Of a DNA stretch of 64,000 bases, positions 28,842 to 38,051 are shown piece after piece. This stretch comes from a bacterium. Its GTDB lineage: Bacteria; Omnitrophota; Gorgyraeia; Zapsychrales; Zapsychraceae. The position numbers and the translations under genes are program-made. Location: the NCBI GenBank assembly GCA_030429765.1, contig JAUIER010000007.1:4372-68371 (forward strand), read 5' to 3'. Under the pieces are notes generated by a model. It did no database searches. It was not told the origin of the DNA and was given only the letters and a program-made list of their open reading frames with translations. Positions within the stretch are counted from its first letter, which is position 1, and the number at the start of each line of letters is the position of its first letter.

Positions 28842-29602
28842 GCGCGACGAATATAATCCTGATGTATCACGGTATTATCGGTAAAGACACACGAGTCCCG
28901 AAACTCCGGGAGGTCGGCGCTGATCTTTATGACGTCAAGACCAGCCATTTTGACCTTCACTTGCAGGGCATTCAGCGGGCGGGAAAAAAGGCCAGTAAAA
29001 TGGAAGACCTGAGTGAGAATGACGTCGTGATCACCTTTGATGACGGGGAGCTGAATAATTTCACCGAAGCCCTGCCGATCCTGCAGAAGTATCAGTATCC
29101 CGCCTACTTCTTTATCATCGCCAAGCGAGTGGGGGCTCAGGGGTACATGAACGTGGATCAGCTCAAGCAATTGGTCGATGCCGGGATGATCGTCGGTTCA
29201 CACGGCCTCAGTCACGAGATCCTGACGAATCTCAAGGATACCCAGGTCGAGGAAGAGCTGAGCGCGTCCAAAAAATTCCTGGAGCGAAATCTGAACATCA
29301 CCGTCGACACGATGTCGATACCGCGCGGCTTTTGCAATGACAAGATCATTCAGATGGCCCATGCGGCCGGTTACAAACATATCTTTATCTCTGAACGTCC
29401 CAAGGACCTCACCGTGCAGAATTGCCATGAGCGGGTGGCGGTCAAGCGGGACTGGACGGTCAAACGATTTGAGCAGGCCCTGGTCGGTCAAGTGCCTTTT
29501 GGAGAAATGATCCGCGACCGGGCCAAAAATATCACCAAATCGGTACTCAATGAGTCAGGCTACAATTGGATTCGCAGCACGTATATCAAAATGTTTAAAT
29601 AG
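28838..29602 (+). CDS. Polysaccharide deacetylase (NodB homology domain, CE4)
   Basis: Catalytic TFDDG motif (VVITFDDGELNN) and downstream His motifs (GSHGLSHEIL). ATGA overlap with the upstream GT gene. Confidence 0.8.
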   Translation: MSATNIILMYHGIIGKDTRVPKLREVGADLYDVKTSHFDLHLQGIQRAGKKASKMEDLSENDVVITFDDGELNNFTEALPILQKYQYPAYFFIIAKRVGAQGYMNVDQLKQLVDAGMIVGSHGLSHEILTNLKDTQVEEELSASKKFLERNLNITVDTMSIPRGFCNDKIIQMAHAAGYKHIFISERPKDLTVQNCHERVAVKRDWTVKRFEQALVGQVPFGEMIRDRAKNITKSVLNESGYNWIRSTYIKMFK

Positions 29603-29614
29603 CACGGTAAGGTT

Positions 29615-30766
29615 ATGTCGTTAACGCTTTGGATTTTTATCGCCCTGATTGTTTATTGTTACTTCGGATATCCATTTTTGATCTGGATGTGGTCGCGGCT
29701 GTTCGCGCGCCCGGTCAATAAAAAACAAATCACCCCGTCAGTATCCGTTGTGATGTCGGCCTGGAATGAAGAGGACGTGATCCGCGGCAAGCTGGAAAAC
29801 TTCCTCGCCCTTGATTATCCGCCTGACAAATTCGAAATCCTGATTGGATCTGACGGATCCACTGATCAGACCAACGCGATCGTCCGGGAATTTACGGATC
29901 CGCGTGTCCGGCTCGTCGAGCTCGAGGGACGTAATGGCAAGATGGTGACGATCAATCACCTCGTCAAGTTGGCCCGCCATGAGATTATAGTCTTTACAGA
30001 TGCCCGCCAGATTTTTGAAAAGGACGCGATCCGCCAACTGGTGGCCAACTTTCACGATCCCAAGGTCGGTTGCGTGAGCGGGGAATTGATGTTCTACGAG
30101 CGGGACGGAGCCACGGCCAAGGGAATTAACCTGTATTGGCGCTACGAAAAATTCATGCGCGATTGTGAGAGCCGAATTCATTCGATGCTGGGCGCGACCG
30201 GGGCGATCTACGCGGCGCGCAAATCACTGTACCGCGATGTCCCCGCGGATGTGGTGCTCGACGACGTGTTTATCCCGTTTCAGATCATTCGTCAGGGATA
30301 CCGGGCGATTTTTGACGGCTCCGCGCGGGCCTTTGATGAGGTGGCGGATAATCCCAAGGAAGAATACCGCCGCAAGGCCCGAACCCTTTTTGGAAATTAT
30401 CAGATATTCTGGCGCTGCCGGCAGATGTTCAATCCGGTTACAAGCCCGGTAGCCCTGCAATTTTTTTCGCATAAATTTCTGAGGGTGATTGTTCCGTTTT
30501 TGATGATCGGAGTCTTTGTCCTCAACATCCTGCTGCTGGATCAGACCATCTACAAATTTCTCATGCTCCTGCAGCTGATTTTTTACGCAATGGCCGCCAT
30601 TGGAGGGTTGGCAAGAGGACAAAAATATGGTATGCTCAGGCTTTTATCCCGGGTTTGCTACATACCGTATGTCTTTTGTTTGCTGAATTTTTCGGCGCTG
30701 ATTGGATTTTTGAGGTATATCGGTTCAAATCAACAAATCACTTGGGACAAGGCAAGGGCGAACTAA
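29615..30766 (+). CDS. Glycosyltransferase family 2, membrane-integrated processive type
   Basis: N-terminal TM, GT-A core (VSVVMSAWNEE...DKFEILIGSDGSTD...VFTDARQ), a Q(x2)RW-like QIFWRCR motif and C-terminal TM helices. Confidence 0.8.
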   Translation: MSLTLWIFIALIVYCYFGYPFLIWMWSRLFARPVNKKQITPSVSVVMSAWNEEDVIRGKLENFLALDYPPDKFEILIGSDGSTDQTNAIVREFTDPRVRLVELEGRNGKMVTINHLVKLARHEIIVFTDARQIFEKDAIRQLVANFHDPKVGCVSGELMFYERDGATAKGINLYWRYEKFMRDCESRIHSMLGATGAIYAARKSLYRDVPADVVLDDVFIPFQIIRQGYRAIFDGSARAFDEVADNPKEEYRRKARTLFGNYQIFWRCRQMFNPVTSPVALQFFSHKFLRVIVPFLMIGVFVLNILLLDQTIYKFLMLLQLIFYAMAAIGGLARGQKYGMLRLLSRVCYIPYVFCLLNFSALIGFLRYIGSNQQITWDKARAN

Positions 30767-30767
30767 T

Positions 30768-31601
30768 ATGGACGTTGTAACCAATTTCATCAAAAACAAC
30801 AAGAATTTCATGATTGCGCTGGGCGTCACCATCCTGGCATACTTTCCAACCATGATCTGGATGTGGGACCGCTGGTTTGTGCGGGATTCCTATTATTCGC
30901 ATGGGCCGTTGATCCCGGCCGTAACGATCTTCCTGATCTGGAACATGAAAGATGAACTTGCCAAGCTCGTACGCAAAGAATCTCCCTGGGGGATGAGGCT
31001 GATTATCGCCGGGATCATTATCCACTTGCTGGCATCCCATCCAAATGTACGGATCTATTTTGTCTCCGGATTTTCCATTCTGCTGGTGATCTCCGGACTG
31101 ATCCTGTATTTCTTCGGATCCGAAATATTTAAGAAAATCATATTTCCAGTCTCGTTTCTGTTTTTCATGATCCCGTTACCATTGGTCGTGATCAATAAGA
31201 TCAGCCTGGAACTCAAGATGTTTGCCGCCGAGATGGCCACCGGCGTACTCAACAATATGCGAATCCCGGCCATTCGGGACGGTAGTATCATCAAGATGCG
31301 CCACGCGCATGTCACCGTCGACGACGTCTGCAGCGGCCTGCGATCGCTCATATCGCTAACGGCCCTGGGCAGCATCTTCGGCTATTGGCTGAAGGGAGCC
31401 ATGTGGAAGCGTGTTTTGCTGTTTGTCTCAACCATCCCGATTGCGATCATAACAAACATGTGCCGAGTGGTCTTTCTGTCGGCTGTCAGTGAGATCTGGG
31501 GGACCGAATATGCCGACGGATTTGTCCATGATGCCGCCGGATTTATGGTCTTTGCTTTGGCCTTTATCATGCTTTATGCCGTAGGGAAAATACTCGAATG
31601 A
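30768..31601 (+). CDS. xrtA: Exosortase (XrtA/EpsH family transpeptidase)
   Basis: 277 aa, 8 TM helices, with the conserved Cys-containing motif TVDDVCSGLRSLISLTALG and downstream Arg/Asn positions. It sits immediately upstream of an EpsI gene, and PEP-CTERM substrates are nearby. Confidence 0.8.
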   Translation: MDVVTNFIKNNKNFMIALGVTILAYFPTMIWMWDRWFVRDSYYSHGPLIPAVTIFLIWNMKDELAKLVRKESPWGMRLIIAGIIIHLLASHPNVRIYFVSGFSILLVISGLILYFFGSEIFKKIIFPVSFLFFMIPLPLVVINKISLELKMFAAEMATGVLNNMRIPAIRDGSIIKMRHAHVTVDDVCSGLRSLISLTALGSIFGYWLKGAMWKRVLLFVSTIPIAIITNMCRVVFLSAVSEIWGTEYADGFVHDAAGFMVFALAFIMLYAVGKILE

Positions 31602-32224
31602 AAAACAAAAAACTCATCATCGTCTTTGTCTTACTTGCCCTTTCAGGGGCCGTTTCCTGGACCACCTACCTCAAGGACTACAACCAGGAAGATACCGTCA
31701 ATATCCATCTGTTTCCCAAGGAAATCGGGGGATGGACCTCGGAGGAGCTGCCGATCACCGAAGATGAGTATGCCATCCTGGAGACACGAAACGTCTTTGC
31801 CCGCAAATACACCGGCCCCAAGGGGCAGGAAATCTACTATTTCAACATATATTCGCAGTACAACCGTAAAGTCTCACACCCCCCTGAAGTCTGTTATACA
31901 GGCAGTGGGGTGAAGGTAAGCTCTAATGTCGTGGAAAGCGTCCAAGTATCAGACGATCGGTCCATCGATATGCATAAACTGTTGCTCGAGCATAAACTTT
32001 ACCGTCAAATCGCCTACTACTGGTTCAAAATCGGCGATTCCTACACTCCCAGCTACTGGAAACAGCAACTGACCATTACCTTCAATAACCTGATCGGAAA
32101 ACCCAAAGGAAGCGCCCTGATACGGGTCTCCGCGGGGATCCGCACCACCCCTGAAGCCGCCGAGGCAGACATCAAAGAATTCATCCGCCTGGTCTACCCG
32201 CAACTTAATCAATATCTTCCTTGA
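31598..32224 (+). CDS. epsI: EpsI family exosortase-associated protein
   Basis: Signal-anchor N-terminus, then IGGWTSEEL...EDEYAILETRNVFARKY...EIYYFNIYSQYNRKVSHPPEVCYTGSG, the EpsI (methanolan biosynthesis) signature. Coupled to the exosortase gene by an ATGA overlap. Confidence 0.75.
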   Translation: MKNKKLIIVFVLLALSGAVSWTTYLKDYNQEDTVNIHLFPKEIGGWTSEELPITEDEYAILETRNVFARKYTGPKGQEIYYFNIYSQYNRKVSHPPEVCYTGSGVKVSSNVVESVQVSDDRSIDMHKLLLEHKLYRQIAYYWFKIGDSYTPSYWKQQLTITFNNLIGKPKGSALIRVSAGIRTTPEAAEADIKEFIRLVYPQLNQYLP

Positions 32225-32431
32225 TTTTTTTAGAATCCCTTATATAATAACGAATCTGTCCAACATAATCGACATATGTTGATTAAATTGGACATGATTG
32301 AGGCCTTCTGACCCCGAAAGTCCTGGATTGTCCAGGTAAACCACAAAATCATCAATTTATTTTATGCATAAGTCTTTCACTTGCAGCGACTTCCGTAATT
32401 ACCCCAAATATCAGACTATAGTCATCTCAAT

Positions 32432-32446
32432 TGGCACGCATATTGC
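32432..32446 (+). promoter_or_regulatory. Sigma-54 promoter (-24/-12): TGGCACgcataTTGCT
   Basis: Exact TGGCAC-N5-TTGC match about 65 nt upstream of the sugar-transferase ATG (32513). Confidence 0.6.
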
Positions 32447-32512
32447 TCTATTGGTGGGTAACGAGCAGACAACACGTTAATACATTAAGGAAGAAACAAA
32501 GGTAAATACAAC

Positions 32513-33367
32513 ATGACGCGTAAAAGACGACTCATCAAAAGACAAAAACGAATCTTCGGAGAAACACTTATCATTTTGTTCGGTTTATGTGTAGCCACCG
32601 GCTGGGCAACCGTATCACTGGTCAAACCCAACGATGCCACACATTACATTGAAGCCGCCCACAGGGGAGAGATCCCAAGCGACACAGCGGCCACCGAAAA
32701 ATCACGCGCGCCAGAACCGTCCACCATGGCCCTTTTCGGGGGAGGCATGTTCGGGATGATCATGAGCTTTGTTCGCAGGACATATGCGGCCGCTAAACGC
32801 GTATTGGACATCGTCTGCAGCCTATTAGGGGCAATCATCCTATCGCCGCTGTTCATTCTGGCGTTCTTCCTGGTCCGATTTACCTCAAAAGGCCCGATCA
32901 TCTACTCACAAACACGTGTAGGAAAAGATGGCGAGCACTTCCAAATCTATAAATTCCGTACAATGCGCGTTGACGCTGAAAAAGAGACCGGACCGGTTTG
33001 GGCCGCTCAAAACGACAAACGTCTTACGCCAGTAGGGAAATTCCTGAGAAAATCACATATTGACGAACTTCCACAGCTAATCAACGTACTGAAAGGCGAA
33101 ATGAGCATCATTGGTCCACGACCAGAGCGTCCGATTTTTGTTGAAGAATTCAAAGAATCTATTCCAAACTACGAAGGCCGATTGGCTGTTAAGCCAGGTA
33201 TTACAGGACTTGCACAAGTATGGCATAGATACGATGAAACGTTGCAGGATGTTAAGAAAAAAGTCCGTTACGACCGTCTATACATCAAGAAGATGGGATT
33301 CTGGGCTGATGTTAACATCATCTTGAGAACTTTACGGGTTGTCGTTACCGGCGAAGGAGCCCGTTAA
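32513..33367 (+). CDS. Undecaprenyl-phosphate sugar phosphotransferase (bacterial sugar transferase; priming enzyme)
   Basis: Bac_transf domain: ...VRFTSKGPIIYSQTRVGKDGEHFQIYKFRTMRVDAE...DELPQLINVLKGEMSIIGPRPERP. Confidence 0.85.
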   Translation: MTRKRRLIKRQKRIFGETLIILFGLCVATGWATVSLVKPNDATHYIEAAHRGEIPSDTAATEKSRAPEPSTMALFGGGMFGMIMSFVRRTYAAAKRVLDIVCSLLGAIILSPLFILAFFLVRFTSKGPIIYSQTRVGKDGEHFQIYKFRTMRVDAEKETGPVWAAQNDKRLTPVGKFLRKSHIDELPQLINVLKGEMSIIGPRPERPIFVEEFKESIPNYEGRLAVKPGITGLAQVWHRYDETLQDVKKKVRYDRLYIKKMGFWADVNIILRTLRVVVTGEGAR

Positions 33368-33475
33368 AGTACACCTAATACATTACATCTTAGGGGGGAT
33401 GTTTAATATAAACCTAATTTTGTAGTAAAATTTACGATGACTAGAAAAAGCATAAACAACAAGGGGAGTAAAAAC

Positions 33476-34318
33476 ATGAAGAAAGTAATGTTCCTAGTAG
33501 CATTAGCAGTTGCTCTTGGTTTTAACGTAAACCAAGTTGCTGCACAGCCGTTTACAGGCGCTATGGCTACGGATTCATGCCCGGGATTTGACACGGGGGA
33601 TCCATTAGTAGCTACACCTTGCCAGGTAAACGACGGACCAGAAGTTTACGAAGCAATCAACCACATCTTCAACAGTGCTGGAGTAGCCAACCCTGGTGGA
33701 GTGATGACTGATAACGGTGACACTGACCCATTCAGAGTTCTAGGTAATGACTCATATTGGGCCGACCTAGGTGGCGGTGTTTCATCTAACTTTGCGGTAG
33801 TAAGTATCAGTGCAGCTAACATGAACACCCTAGGTGTTCACCCAGTTGGAAACCTTGGCGGAACTTCATTTGTCGTTCCTCCACAAACAGGATTCGGTCT
33901 TCTTGGAGACGGATCTATGGCTAATCCATTTGCTGGTGGAGTCAACACTCTAGCCAACCAAAACTTCGGATTCGCATTGAACACAGTTGGAATCGGTGGA
34001 AACAACACTTGGTCATCTGATCCTACGCTTAACAGCGACGGACTAGATCACATGATCACGTTCTACTTCCCAGAATTAGCTGGTGTCTCTTTCTATATTG
34101 ACACTGACGATGACGGTGTACAGGACGGACAAATCCAACTTACATCTGACACATACGTGTTGGCATGGGAAGACTTACCAGGTGGTGGAGATATCGACTA
34201 CAACGATACAGTTTTCCTAGTAACTCGCGTTGCCCCAGTTCCAGAACCAATCACAGCGTTGCTATTCAGTGGTGGTTTTGCAGCAATGGCAGCACGACGT
34301 AGAAAAGTAAATGCCTAA
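33476..34318 (+). CDS. PEP-CTERM sorting-domain protein (secreted Gly/Asn-rich protein with a DUF4114-like region)
   Basis: Signal peptide MKKVMFLVALAVALGFNVNQVAAQ. The C-terminus ends PVPEP-ITALLFSGGFAAMAA-RRRKVNA (PEP motif + TM + basic tail). The segment upstream of the sorting signal, LAWEDLPGGGDIDYNDTVFLV, resembles DUF4114. GGGGAG RBS 8 nt upstream. Confidence 0.8.
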   Translation: MKKVMFLVALAVALGFNVNQVAAQPFTGAMATDSCPGFDTGDPLVATPCQVNDGPEVYEAINHIFNSAGVANPGGVMTDNGDTDPFRVLGNDSYWADLGGGVSSNFAVVSISAANMNTLGVHPVGNLGGTSFVVPPQTGFGLLGDGSMANPFAGGVNTLANQNFGFALNTVGIGGNNTWSSDPTLNSDGLDHMITFYFPELAGVSFYIDTDDDGVQDGQIQLTSDTYVLAWEDLPGGGDIDYNDTVFLVTRVAPVPEPITALLFSGGFAAMAARRRKVNA

Positions 34319-34347
34319 TTTTTGTTAGGAACGTGTAGTAAAAATCA

Positions 34348-34373
34348 CTTAAGTTATATCTATTTAACTTAAG
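34348..34373 (+). promoter_or_regulatory. 9-bp perfect palindrome CTTAAGTTA-N8-TAACTTAAG immediately upstream of the RBS of the small PEP-CTERM gene
   Basis: Inverted repeat read from the sequence. AT-rich, so more operator-like than terminator-like. Confidence 0.35.
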
Positions 34374-34390
34374 AAAGGAGGGTTAAACCC

Positions 34391-34672
34391 GTGAAAGAAA
34401 GCAAATTGATGAAAACATTGAGAGGCCTGTTCGTAGCAGCATCAGTACCGTTTATCACAGCATGTAACGGAGGCGGTGGTGGAGCCCTTCTTGGAACAGG
34501 CAGCCTATTCAGCGGACTCGACAGCGATGTCCAATTCGGACCTGAAGGATTGCTAGCAGCAACCAGCGGTGACCAAGTTGGCGCGTTGACAAATCCAGAA
34601 CCGGCAAGCATGTTGCTTGTGGGTAGTGGAATGGCTGTTATGGCTTACTACAATAACAAAAAGAAAGCTTAG
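34391..34672 (+). CDS. Small (93 aa) PEP-CTERM sorting-domain protein
   Basis: N-terminal signal with a possible lipobox-like ...FITAC, a Gly-rich middle, and C-terminal TNPEP-ASMLLVGSGMAVMAYY-NNKKKA (PEP + TM + Lys tail). GTG start with an AAAGGAGGG RBS; an alternative ATG lies at 34409. Confidence 0.7.
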   Translation: MKESKLMKTLRGLFVAASVPFITACNGGGGGALLGTGSLFSGLDSDVQFGPEGLLAATSGDQVGALTNPEPASMLLVGSGMAVMAYYNNKKKA

Positions 34673-34719
34673 TCATATAGCATGAGCTGAAATGGCTTAT
34701 GTGACCTAGGTAAAAAAAT

Positions 34720-34755
34720 AAGGCAGGTTATTTGCATAGCTTGCCTTATTTTTTT
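34720..34755 (+). terminator. Weak hairpin (AAGGCA..TGCCTT) followed by a T7 run, downstream of the small PEP-CTERM gene
   Basis: 6-bp stem, roughly 16-nt loop, then TTTTTTT. The same bases (34721-34736, AGGCAGgttatTTGCA) also fit a sigma-54 -24/-12 element, so the reading is ambiguous. Confidence 0.3.
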
Positions 34756-34960
34756 GCCTAGCAAGCCGGTGTTATATAAATTTTTTGTTCTTTTGCATTT
34801 GACGCTACCCGAGCTGTATGTTAATATTTATTGCATAAGATATTCAAATACAACAATTTACCCGAATTTTGACGTTATCGGACACAGCAAAAGAATACCA
34901 GTACGATATAAACCCCTAGAGGCCGATTCGTGACGCCTCCACTCTAAAACAGGACGTAAA

Positions 34961-35833
34961 ATGGCCGAATCTGAAGAAATCATAGAGAAACCCAAAGTAT
35001 TGACTTTGCTTAAGTCATCGATCGGAACCCTGACTACGCATGGTGTAATCCTGGTACCGTTTGTATTTATCGCGTTTATTCAACTGCTTGTGCTTGAGAT
35101 CCTGTATTTTATTCCACGATGGCCGCTCAATCAGTTCTTCGGGCCGGTTATCCGTAAACTCTGGTCAGAGACATTTATGCATTACCCGATCAATTTCTCG
35201 CTGCTGCCCAAGCTGTTTCAATACGCCCAGGTCCCCATATTTATCCTATTTTCATCATTCCTGATCGGGGTATCCATTCGCATTATCTACATGCTAAACA
35301 ATGAAGAAGAGGTTCGTGTGGGCGCGGTGATCAAAGGCCTTCTGCCGACGTACATCTACATCCTATGCGCCGCCCTGTTATCGTACGGTCTGATGTACCT
35401 GTTTTTCAAGGGATACGGCCTGGTTTACGCCAGAGCCCTCGAGATTCGCTCCGTGAGTGGGCCATTTTTCTGGCTCAAGAACACCATTGTCCACGGGGCC
35501 CCGTACTTCAGCCTGTTGTTATCGATTATCGGAACCACTTTATTCGCTTATGTGATTCCGCTGCTGGTGATTGAGAAACGCAAATTGTTTTCAGCCCTCA
35601 TCGAAAATTTCAAGTTGGTTTTCACATCACCGTTCAAGACATTTTTTCTGGTCTTTTTTCCTTCAATCATCTACGCCCTGATCCTATTGCTGCGTAACGA
35701 AATTCCATTTGAAGGTCGAGTGCCGGAGCTTCGGGCCATTTCAATCGTAATCAGTATCTTTGTTACACTTATCATCGATGCGGTGGTTTATACGGCGTTG
35801 ACAACATATTTCCTAATTAGACGAGGTAACTAG
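34961..35833 (+). CDS. Hypothetical polytopic membrane protein (about 8 TM) heading the TPR-PrsK-PrsR operon
   Basis: 290 aa and strongly hydrophobic, with no soluble domain. Followed 1 nt later by the TPR gene. Confidence 0.55.
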   Translation: MAESEEIIEKPKVLTLLKSSIGTLTTHGVILVPFVFIAFIQLLVLEILYFIPRWPLNQFFGPVIRKLWSETFMHYPINFSLLPKLFQYAQVPIFILFSSFLIGVSIRIIYMLNNEEEVRVGAVIKGLLPTYIYILCAALLSYGLMYLFFKGYGLVYARALEIRSVSGPFFWLKNTIVHGAPYFSLLLSIIGTTLFAYVIPLLVIEKRKLFSALIENFKLVFTSPFKTFFLVFFPSIIYALILLLRNEIPFEGRVPELRAISIVISIFVTLIIDAVVYTALTTYFLIRRGN

Positions 35834-36739
35834 ATGAAAAAAACTATATTTATTTTAGCGCTGATCCTGATCATCGTATTTGGTGTTTTTACCGCTCTGG
35901 ACTACCGGGGAGAGTATGCGGCGGAACGCGACCTGTGGAAAATCAATGACAAGTTCGCCCATGCAGCTATCGATCCGGGGAGCGTGCCTGATTCCACCTT
36001 CGAAAGTATCGCCGCCCGATATTCCGCCTTCGTTAAAAAATTTCCGGATTCAAAACTGGTTCCGGCGGCCCATATTCTGGTAGGACGGGTGTACCTGACC
36101 AAGGGCGACTACAGCAAGGCGCGGCAAAAGTATGAGGAAATCGTTAATATCTACAACGACAAGCCCAACATTGCCGTTGAAGCACTCGCCGATATAGGAC
36201 GAACCTATGCCCTGGAAGATGATTCAGAAGGCGTCATTCAAAACTACAAACGGGTTATGAACGAGTATCCGCTTACGCCGATTGGCATGCAGGCGCCGCT
36301 GATCCTGGCCAAGTTTCATGCCGAAAGGGGAGATACGGCTATAGCGGAAAAGGCCTTTGCCGAGGCTTCGGCCCATTTTAGCAAGATCATTAAAGAGAAT
36401 GCCGGCACGACCGTTGAATTTAACGCCCTACGATCGCTTGGCGCGACCTATATGGCCAGCCGCAAGTACGAAGAAGCGGTTGATACCTTTGGTAAAATCC
36501 TGATCGGCTTTCCGCAACGCAAATATCTGAATACCCAGCGGGTACAGAATATTGTCAAAACGATCAACACGGTATCCGTCGTCGAATTAAAGGACTATGA
36601 AAAACCGATCAGCATCTACACGGAGTTCGTCACAAAGCATCCAAACCATCCATTTACTGCGACGTTTGAAGAGATGATCAATAGTCTGACACTCCTGAGA
36701 AACAAGAAAGTCGAGTTTAGCCTACAAAAGGACCAGTAA
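35834..36739 (+). CDS. TPR-repeat protein with N-terminal signal anchor
   Basis: N-terminal TM/signal, then several 34-residue TPR-like repeats (..AAHILVGRVYLTKGDYSKARQKYEEIV..; ..ALADIGRTYALEDDSEGVIQNYKRVMNEYP..). Confidence 0.7.
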   Translation: MKKTIFILALILIIVFGVFTALDYRGEYAAERDLWKINDKFAHAAIDPGSVPDSTFESIAARYSAFVKKFPDSKLVPAAHILVGRVYLTKGDYSKARQKYEEIVNIYNDKPNIAVEALADIGRTYALEDDSEGVIQNYKRVMNEYPLTPIGMQAPLILAKFHAERGDTAIAEKAFAEASAHFSKIIKENAGTTVEFNALRSLGATYMASRKYEEAVDTFGKILIGFPQRKYLNTQRVQNIVKTINTVSVVELKDYEKPISIYTEFVTKHPNHPFTATFEEMINSLTLLRNKKVEFSLQKDQ

Positions 36740-36746
36740 GACCTTA

Positions 36747-38051
36747 ATGAAATCCGCCATCAAAGAACTAACAGAAGCCGACCTATTTCAGAAAATAGGG
36801 GAAATTTGCGCGACTGTTAACACATCCAGCGGAACTCAGGAACTTTTGGATGTTTCTCTCACCAAGATCATCGACCTCTACGGAGCGAATCGCGGATCAG
36901 TCTTTATCCTTTCGGATTCCAACGATCAGTTAGTCCTCAAAAGCTCCGTAGGCATGAAATTCAACGAAAAAGAGAACATGGTCAAACAGATGGGGGAAGG
37001 GATTGTCGGCCGCGTGGCCCAGCTCAAGGAACCCATGTATGTCGATGATATTTCCAAAGATCAGCGTTTCAACAATTACAAGCTGCGTCAGAGTTATTCC
37101 ACGCCCTCTTTCATTTGCGCCCCGTTGATGATTAAAGACCAGGTCATCGGGGTTATTAATATCGCCGACAAGGGCACAGGCCTTAAGTTTAACAATAATG
37201 ACCTGCAATTGCTGGATTTTCTCACCACCCAGGTTGCTCTAAACTATCGACGCATCCTCCTGCATCAAAAATTCAAACGAATCGTCAAAGAACGCAACAG
37301 CCTTGAAGATCGGCTCGGTCAAACAGATCAGGAAAAAAAACACCTTAAAAAACAAATTGTGGTTCACGAAAAGCTGGCCACCATCGGAAAATTGGCCGGA
37401 GGGATTGCCCACGAGTTTAATAATCCGCTCGACGGTGTTATGCGCTACACCAATTTATGCCTCGATCACATTCAGGACGACGAGGTCGTTCGCGGATATT
37501 TGCTTGAAATCAAGCATGGACTGAACCGTATGGCCAACATTGTACGCAGCCTGCTAGCCTGCTCCAGGGACCATAACCCCACCCAGCAATTTGCCGAGAT
37601 CAAGCAGGCCTTTGAACACGCGCTGTCCGCCAAACTCGGCGAGATTCTTCGAAAAAAAATAGTGGTTCAGCGGGATATTTCCCGGGAACTGCCGCCCATT
37701 CGTGATCTGGGAATCGAACGGATCCTGACAAATTTAATCAACAATTCAGTCGACGCGATTGAAAAGGACGGACTGATCGATTTTAAGGCCTTTGAGAGCG
37801 ATGATAATATCGTTCTACATTTTGCGGATACAGGTCGAGGCATAGATGAAGACAGTATTCAGCGGATCTTCGAGCCTTTTTATACCACGAAAGACATCGA
37901 CAAGGGTTGCGGATTGGGGCTGACGATCGTAGGGGAGATAGTCAAGGCCTACGACGGATCGATTGATGTCGATAGCAATCCCGGCCGAGGCACGACATTT
38001 ACCATAAAAATACCATTGAAAGCGAACGAAGATGAACCAGAAAATACGTGA
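36747..38051 (+). CDS. prsK: GAF-domain sensor histidine kinase (PrsK-like, lacking an N-terminal membrane domain)
   Basis: N-terminal GAF domain (..GANRGSVFIL...EGIVGRVAQ..), HisKA H-box GGIAHEFNNPLDG and HATPase_c (..DTGRGIDED...GLGLTIV...GRGTTFTIKIP). No TM segments. Confidence 0.8.
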   Translation: MKSAIKELTEADLFQKIGEICATVNTSSGTQELLDVSLTKIIDLYGANRGSVFILSDSNDQLVLKSSVGMKFNEKENMVKQMGEGIVGRVAQLKEPMYVDDISKDQRFNNYKLRQSYSTPSFICAPLMIKDQVIGVINIADKGTGLKFNNNDLQLLDFLTTQVALNYRRILLHQKFKRIVKERNSLEDRLGQTDQEKKHLKKQIVVHEKLATIGKLAGGIAHEFNNPLDGVMRYTNLCLDHIQDDEVVRGYLLEIKHGLNRMANIVRSLLACSRDHNPTQQFAEIKQAFEHALSAKLGEILRKKIVVQRDISRELPPIRDLGIERILTNLINNSVDAIEKDGLIDFKAFESDDNIVLHFADTGRGIDEDSIQRIFEPFYTTKDIDKGCGLGLTIVGEIVKAYDGSIDVDSNPGRGTTFTIKIPLKANEDEPENT

